From Nanobdellota archaeon (lineage in GTDB: Archaea > Nanobdellota > Nanobdellia > Woesearchaeales > GW2011-AR4): 64,000 bases of DNA. Shown here piece by piece: positions 59,335 through 64,000 of the stretch (its first letter is position 1; each line of letters opens with the position of its first letter). A program made the position numbers and the translations under genes. Below the pieces are notes generated by a model. The model did not search any database. It was not told where the DNA came from and was given only the letters and a program-made list of their open reading frames with translations. The stretch is from the NCBI GenBank assembly GCA_038046685.1, contig JBBSVT010000074.1, positions 389 to 64,388 on the forward strand, written 5' to 3'.

Positions 59335-60972
59335 CTATTTCATTTCGTTGTTCAACAGCATATCTACGGCAATAGCATATGCCGATGCGAAATAGCCAAA
59401 ATTTGAATAGTTGTCAGAAAAAAATAATAAAGTTTTTTCAGCAACTTTTTTATATTCCTCTTCTTTAAGCAAAAAATACAGCTTTAAAAATACAATTGCA
59501 CAGAATGTATTTTCCAAGAAGCTTTTTTCTTGATGTTTTAGCTTGCCTAAGTCATCTTTGTCTAGTACCTTGTCAAAAAAACCATACTTTTTGCTATCAT
59601 AAAAACTTTTTAAAATAAATCCTGAAATTTTTTTTGATGCCTCCAGATACCCTTGTTCATGGGTAATAGAATATGCGTCAATCAAGCAGTTTAAAAAATA
59701 AATATTGTCGCTTAACAATCCCTTAACATTTGGTTTTCCATCAAAAAAATGACACAAGCCGTATTTCGGGTCATAGCAATTTTTTAGAATAAAATTAATT
59801 GTTTTAACCGCAAAATTAATCATTTCTTTGTCGTTGAGTATTATTCCAGATTTTAAATAGGAAGAAGTCATCATTGCGTTCAAATCAGTATAGATTGTTT
59901 TGTCGACGTAAGGAGGCTGCATATTCTTCCTTTCCTCTGGTCTTAAGCGGTAAAATTCCTCATCAGCGTCCTGTGAGCCATAGAAACCGGCGTTGTTCTG
60001 GTCCGACAAAGATTTGCTTATGTAAATTGTTATTTCTTCTGTTACTTTCCTGTATCTTTCGTCTTTAGTTATGCTAAAGGCATCGGCATAATTTCTCAGC
60101 GCACCGGCATTGGTGTCAAGCATTTTTTCATAGTGTGGCATTTTCCAGTCTTGAGTTACAGAGTACCTAAAAAAACCAAAGTCAGTTTTATCATAAATTC
60201 CTTCATACATTCCATCCAGGGTTTTTAATGCCACCTCAAGATATTTTTTATTATGTGTTTTTTTGTATTGAAGAAAAAGTAAATCCAGAACGTCTGGAAA
60301 GGGGAATTTTGGCTGAGCCCCAAAACCGCCATAAAACCTGTCAAAATTGTCTTCTACCGCTAACAAAACTTCATTTACAATATCCGGCCTTATACCGGAT
60401 TTTGAAAATATCTTTTCTTTTTGTATTTTTGCAGGTTGCTCGATAACATTTTTGTTGATTTCACCTTTACTCTTTTTCCAGGCTTCCTTAACTTTTTCCA
60501 ACATAAGTTTGAGTCTTGCAGGCGGAACATATGTGTCGCCTGCTATTATGTCGCCTTTGGGACTAAGAAAAACTGTTGACGGAAATCCGCCCATGTTGTA
60601 CCTTTCCCTAATGTCGGGCCTTTTGTCAATGTATACCTTAATCGGTATAAAACCGTTCTTAATAATGTTTGCGATCTCATCATCCGAATATGAAATCGAG
60701 TCCATAACGTGGCACCAGTGGCACCAAATAGCAGTTAAATCCAGCAGAATAGGTTTGTCCTCTTTATTTGCCTTTTCAAATGATTCTTTGTTCCAGTCGA
60801 GCCAATTTATTTTTGTTTTCAATTTTTGAAAAAATAAGCTAAACTTACAAACCCAATAACTGGTATACAAGTCCCAACCAAAAAGTTTAATATCTTCGGA
60901 AACTTTAAAATTTAGTGTTCCAAATATAATGGATGCTATTGTTCCGGAAAGTGCAACATATAATTGATGCAA
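59335..60972 (-). CDS. thioredoxin-domain protein of the DUF255/YyaL family (thioredoxin-like plus six-hairpin glycosidase-like domains)
   Basis: LLDLTAIWCHWCHVMDSISYSD... redox-like CxxC in a thioredoxin fold; length ~545 aa. Confidence 0.7.
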   Translation of the reverse strand: MHQLYVALSGTIASIIFGTLNFKVSEDIKLFGWDLYTSYWVCKFSLFFQKLKTKINWLDWNKESFEKANKEDKPILLDLTAIWCHWCHVMDSISYSDDEIANIIKNGFIPIKVYIDKRPDIRERYNMGGFPSTVFLSPKGDIIAGDTYVPPARLKLMLEKVKEAWKKSKGEINKNVIEQPAKIQKEKIFSKSGIRPDIVNEVLLAVEDNFDRFYGGFGAQPKFPFPDVLDLLFLQYKKTHNKKYLEVALKTLDGMYEGIYDKTDFGFFRYSVTQDWKMPHYEKMLDTNAGALRNYADAFSITKDERYRKVTEEITIYISKSLSDQNNAGFYGSQDADEEFYRLRPEERKNMQPPYVDKTIYTDLNAMMTSSYLKSGIILNDKEMINFAVKTINFILKNCYDPKYGLCHFFDGKPNVKGLLSDNIYFLNCLIDAYSITHEQGYLEASKKISGFILKSFYDSKKYGFFDKVLDKDDLGKLKHQEKSFLENTFCAIVFLKLYFLLKEEEYKKVAEKTLLFFSDNYSNFGYFASAYAIAVDMLLNNEMK

Positions 60973-61024
60973 AGTCTCGCCATTATTGAATTGTTATTTT
61001 CGACATATATAAAATTATCTTAAT

Positions 61025-61693
61025 TTACCTACTTCTTGTTACACCGATTTTAGGGCAGTAACTATTTATAGCACAACGACTGCAAAATGGAGAAATAGGC
61101 AGGCATACATTCTGCCCAAAAGTCACAAAAATGTCATTAAAATCTTTCCAATATCCCTTAGGCAATATTTTCCTAAGTTCCCCTTCAGTCTGCAGTGGCG
61201 TTTTGGTGCTAATCCAGCCTAACCTATTGGGAATGCGGTGGCAGTGCGTATCTATGGCCAAATAACCCAACTTGAAAAATCCATAACACATGGTTATCGA
61301 CATGCACTTCCTTCCAATTCCCGGCAATTTCAAAAGCTCATCTTCTTTATCTGGCACTTTCCCATTATACTTTTCAACCAAAATTTTACAGGTTTTTTTT
61401 ATATATTTCGCTTTCGTTGGATAAAAGCCCACTGGAAAGATTGCCCTTTCAATTTGTTTTTTAGTTAGTTTTACCATATCATAAGGATTGTCTGCAAGCT
61501 CAAATAATCTTTTTGAGGCTGGCCCAGTTGTCGTGTCTTTAGTTCTTAAGCTTAGAATGCAGGAAATGAGCACGAGAAAAGGGTCTTTCGTTTTTTCTCC
61601 GATTTCTGTTGCAACGGGGTTTTCAAATGGTTTTATCTCTTCTTTTAAGAGCTTCATGATTTTGTCGATGTTTTTAATTGATGATTTGGGCAT
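61025..61693 (-). CDS. nth: endonuclease III (HhH-GPD, 4Fe-4S)
   Basis: LRTKDTTT, HhH LPGIGRKCMSIT, C-terminal CLPISPFCSRCAINSYC. Confidence 0.85.
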   Translation of the reverse strand: MPKSSIKNIDKIMKLLKEEIKPFENPVATEIGEKTKDPFLVLISCILSLRTKDTTTGPASKRLFELADNPYDMVKLTKKQIERAIFPVGFYPTKAKYIKKTCKILVEKYNGKVPDKEDELLKLPGIGRKCMSITMCYGFFKLGYLAIDTHCHRIPNRLGWISTKTPLQTEGELRKILPKGYWKDFNDIFVTFGQNVCLPISPFCSRCAINSYCPKIGVTRSR

Positions 61694-61722
61694 TGTGAGA
61701 GCAATAATAACTTTGTAAATTA

Positions 61723-62312
<590 letters not shown>

Positions 62313-62503
62313 TTAATTGATTAATTTATAAATTTATCGTTGCAGTCGGATTTTCAAATTTTTGGACTTCTTCTTTTAACAAATTTATTATTCCCTTGAT
62401 GTTCTTGATTTTATTTTCAGCCATTTTTGGTCATTTAAGGATTCTTATTATACGCCGGTTTTTCTACCATATACTGCCTGATTACCGAATAATATTTAAA
62501 TTT

Positions 62504-63202
62504 TCACTTCAAAATCCTTCCGTTTTTTCTGCTCCACAACAGCAAATCCATTTCGTCTATGTCAATTCCCATCTGCCCTGAGAAATCTATAAACTTTTTT
62601 TCAATTTCTAAATATTCTTTATTGTTTTTCGGCTTTTCATTTGTCTTTAAAACTCCAAACTCGTGCAAAGAATTTATTATATGCTTATCCAATATTGCGT
62701 AGCCTTTAAACCCGATGTTTCTCAAAAAATGCGATGACTCTTTCATGCCCAGCCCCTTGATGTCCTTGTTCAGGGCAAAAAAGTTCCTGAGGTCATCTTT
62801 ATTTTTAAATGAGCTTATTTTATCTTTAAGCCTAAAATTCAATGTATTTTTTAGGTAAGCTCTAGTGTGGGCGATATGCGCAGGCCTTACATTGTTAAAT
62901 CTATAGACACCTTCCAGCCTTCTTGACATTTCTTCAGCAGTCCCGCTTATCAAAATATTTCTGACAGCGTCAACTGCTTTTCCGCTCATCTCAGCGCTTG
63001 TATTTGCCGTAAAAATACAAAAAGCAAGCTCTTCAAAAATTCTGTAGTCGTCTTTTGTTTCAACGGGTAGCAAAATCAAATTTCCATCTCTATAAAACCA
63101 AGAATATGCTTCGTTGAAGAATTGTTCAAATTGTCTCAGCCTTTCCCTTATTTTTTGTTTTTTGTTTGCATAGTCAATTCTAAGCAGCTCTGTTTTATCC
63201 AT
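62504..63202 (-). CDS. ogg: Ogg2-type 8-oxoguanine DNA glycosylase (HhH-GPD)
   Basis: HhH DIKGLGMKESSHFLRNIG with catalytic Lys, and ILDKHI Asp. Confidence 0.65.
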   Translation of the reverse strand: MDKTELLRIDYANKKQKIRERLRQFEQFFNEAYSWFYRDGNLILLPVETKDDYRIFEELAFCIFTANTSAEMSGKAVDAVRNILISGTAEEMSRRLEGVYRFNNVRPAHIAHTRAYLKNTLNFRLKDKISSFKNKDDLRNFFALNKDIKGLGMKESSHFLRNIGFKGYAILDKHIINSLHEFGVLKTNEKPKNNKEYLEIEKKFIDFSGQMGIDIDEMDLLLWSRKNGRILK

Positions 63203-63226
63203 AGTATGTGAATTCCTTGGAGTTAT

Positions 63227-63562
63227 TTAAAGTTTATTGGAATCAGGGTTTGATATTAGGCTGTCGATGTAGCCTTCATAAACCACGTCGCGCAGAAATC
63301 TATCTGCTTCCTGCTCTTTCAAACCATACCCAAGAAGTCTTTTTTTGATGCAGTATTCATGACTGGATATTGCTGAGTAAACTATCTCTTTAAGCCTTGA
63401 GTAATCATTCTTTGATGTATCTCCTCGTTGATTCTTGCCGGATGCATATACAGCACTCAACACAGCAGCTGCCACAGCCAGTGTTGGTGATACAAGGGTT
63501 GCAGCTATTGTGCCGAAAATCAGATCGGCATTACTCCCGGACCTCGTGATAAAGTCATCCAA
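63227..63562 (-). CDS. hypothetical protein
   Basis: 111-aa ORF. Confidence 0.3.
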   Translation of the reverse strand: MDDFITRSGSNADLIFGTIAATLVSPTLAVAAAVLSAVYASGKNQRGDTSKNDYSRLKEIVYSAISSHEYCIKKRLLGYGLKEQEADRFLRDVVYEGYIDSLISNPDSNKL

Positions 63563-63671
63563 AGTCTTTTTGTTTTCATCGTATCTTGTTTTTGCATTTA
63601 ATCACCTCATTACAAATATTATTATTCATATATAAATATTTTATTGATATTAATATTCCTATCAGAATAAA

Positions 63672-63992
63672 TTAATGAATCTTTCTTATTTTTAGTCTTG
63701 GATTGAAATATGCAATTAAAACAAAAACTATCAAAAGAGACGAATAATTAATAACCATAAACCAAGGCGTTGCCCAGCTAATTCCATCAAATTTGTAGTC
63801 CAGCAGAGGCCACAAAAATGGGGTTGGAAAAAATCTGAATGAATGAGTCGGTATGTCTATCAATACATGAATGCCCCATGCAGTCAAAGGCCAGAACCAT
63901 TTTTTTGTTGCTAAATAGATCAATACAAAAGCAGTAATAAAAACTACTAAACTATGAGTCATGTTGTATGCGGCAAAAAGCCACTTTGGCAA
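63672..63992 (-). CDS. small membrane protein
   Basis: Hydrophobic 106-aa ORF. Confidence 0.3.
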   Translation of the reverse strand: MPKWLFAAYNMTHSLVVFITAFVLIYLATKKWFWPLTAWGIHVLIDIPTHSFRFFPTPFLWPLLDYKFDGISWATPWFMVINYSSLLIVFVLIAYFNPRLKIRKIH

Positions 63993-64000
63993 TGAGCTTA

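Overview
This is an AT-rich 64 kb window (roughly one-third G+C by eye) from a small-genome prokaryote; all three stop codons terminate conserved genes, so the standard code applies. Promoter architecture looks archaeal: a TTTATA/TTTAAA box sits about 25-30 nt upstream of most start codons with no Shine-Dalgarno sequence, implying leaderless mRNAs. Gene content points the same way: archaeal-type PEP carboxylase, Ogg2, TRASH domain, Arch_ATPase, many HEPN/MNT pairs, and a tRNA-Val(CAC) with a GC-rich stem and no encoded CCA. I therefore favour a DPANN-like archaeon, though a bacterial-type lgt is also present, so a CPR-like bacterium cannot be excluded from sequence alone.

The housekeeping backbone includes an XPD/Rad3-type helicase, endonuclease V, endonuclease III, Ogg2, PIMT, an M17 leucyl aminopeptidase, a DEAD-box helicase, PepcA, thioredoxin reductase, PfpI, a YyaL thioredoxin-domain protein, Lgt and a DUF59 Fe-S protein.

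Accessory content is unusually dense:
- A methyl-directed (DpnI/DRP-like) restriction endonuclease sits with a beta-class MTase, a ParB-like protein and a TIR-like ORF (18.6-21.9 kb).
- A copper locus holds CopA, a PadR-TRASH regulator and associated membrane proteins (22.1-28.4 kb).
- At least nine toxin-antitoxin-like modules are present, and three of their toxins carry nonsense or frameshift lesions.
- A J-domain membrane protein is followed by tandem paralogous membrane proteins (34.4-37.4 kb).
- A five-gene translationally coupled operon of an Arch_ATPase, a polytopic membrane protein and three large uncharacterised proteins (39.2-46.5 kb) is the best candidate for an undescribed system.
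- A variable surface-protein region (50.5-59.3 kb) holds giant secreted Cys/Gly/Thr-rich proteins built from a repeated ~100-aa module, bracketed by paralogous HEPN-MNT cassettes and AT-rich intergenic repeats.

No CRISPR array, integrase or transposase was seen.
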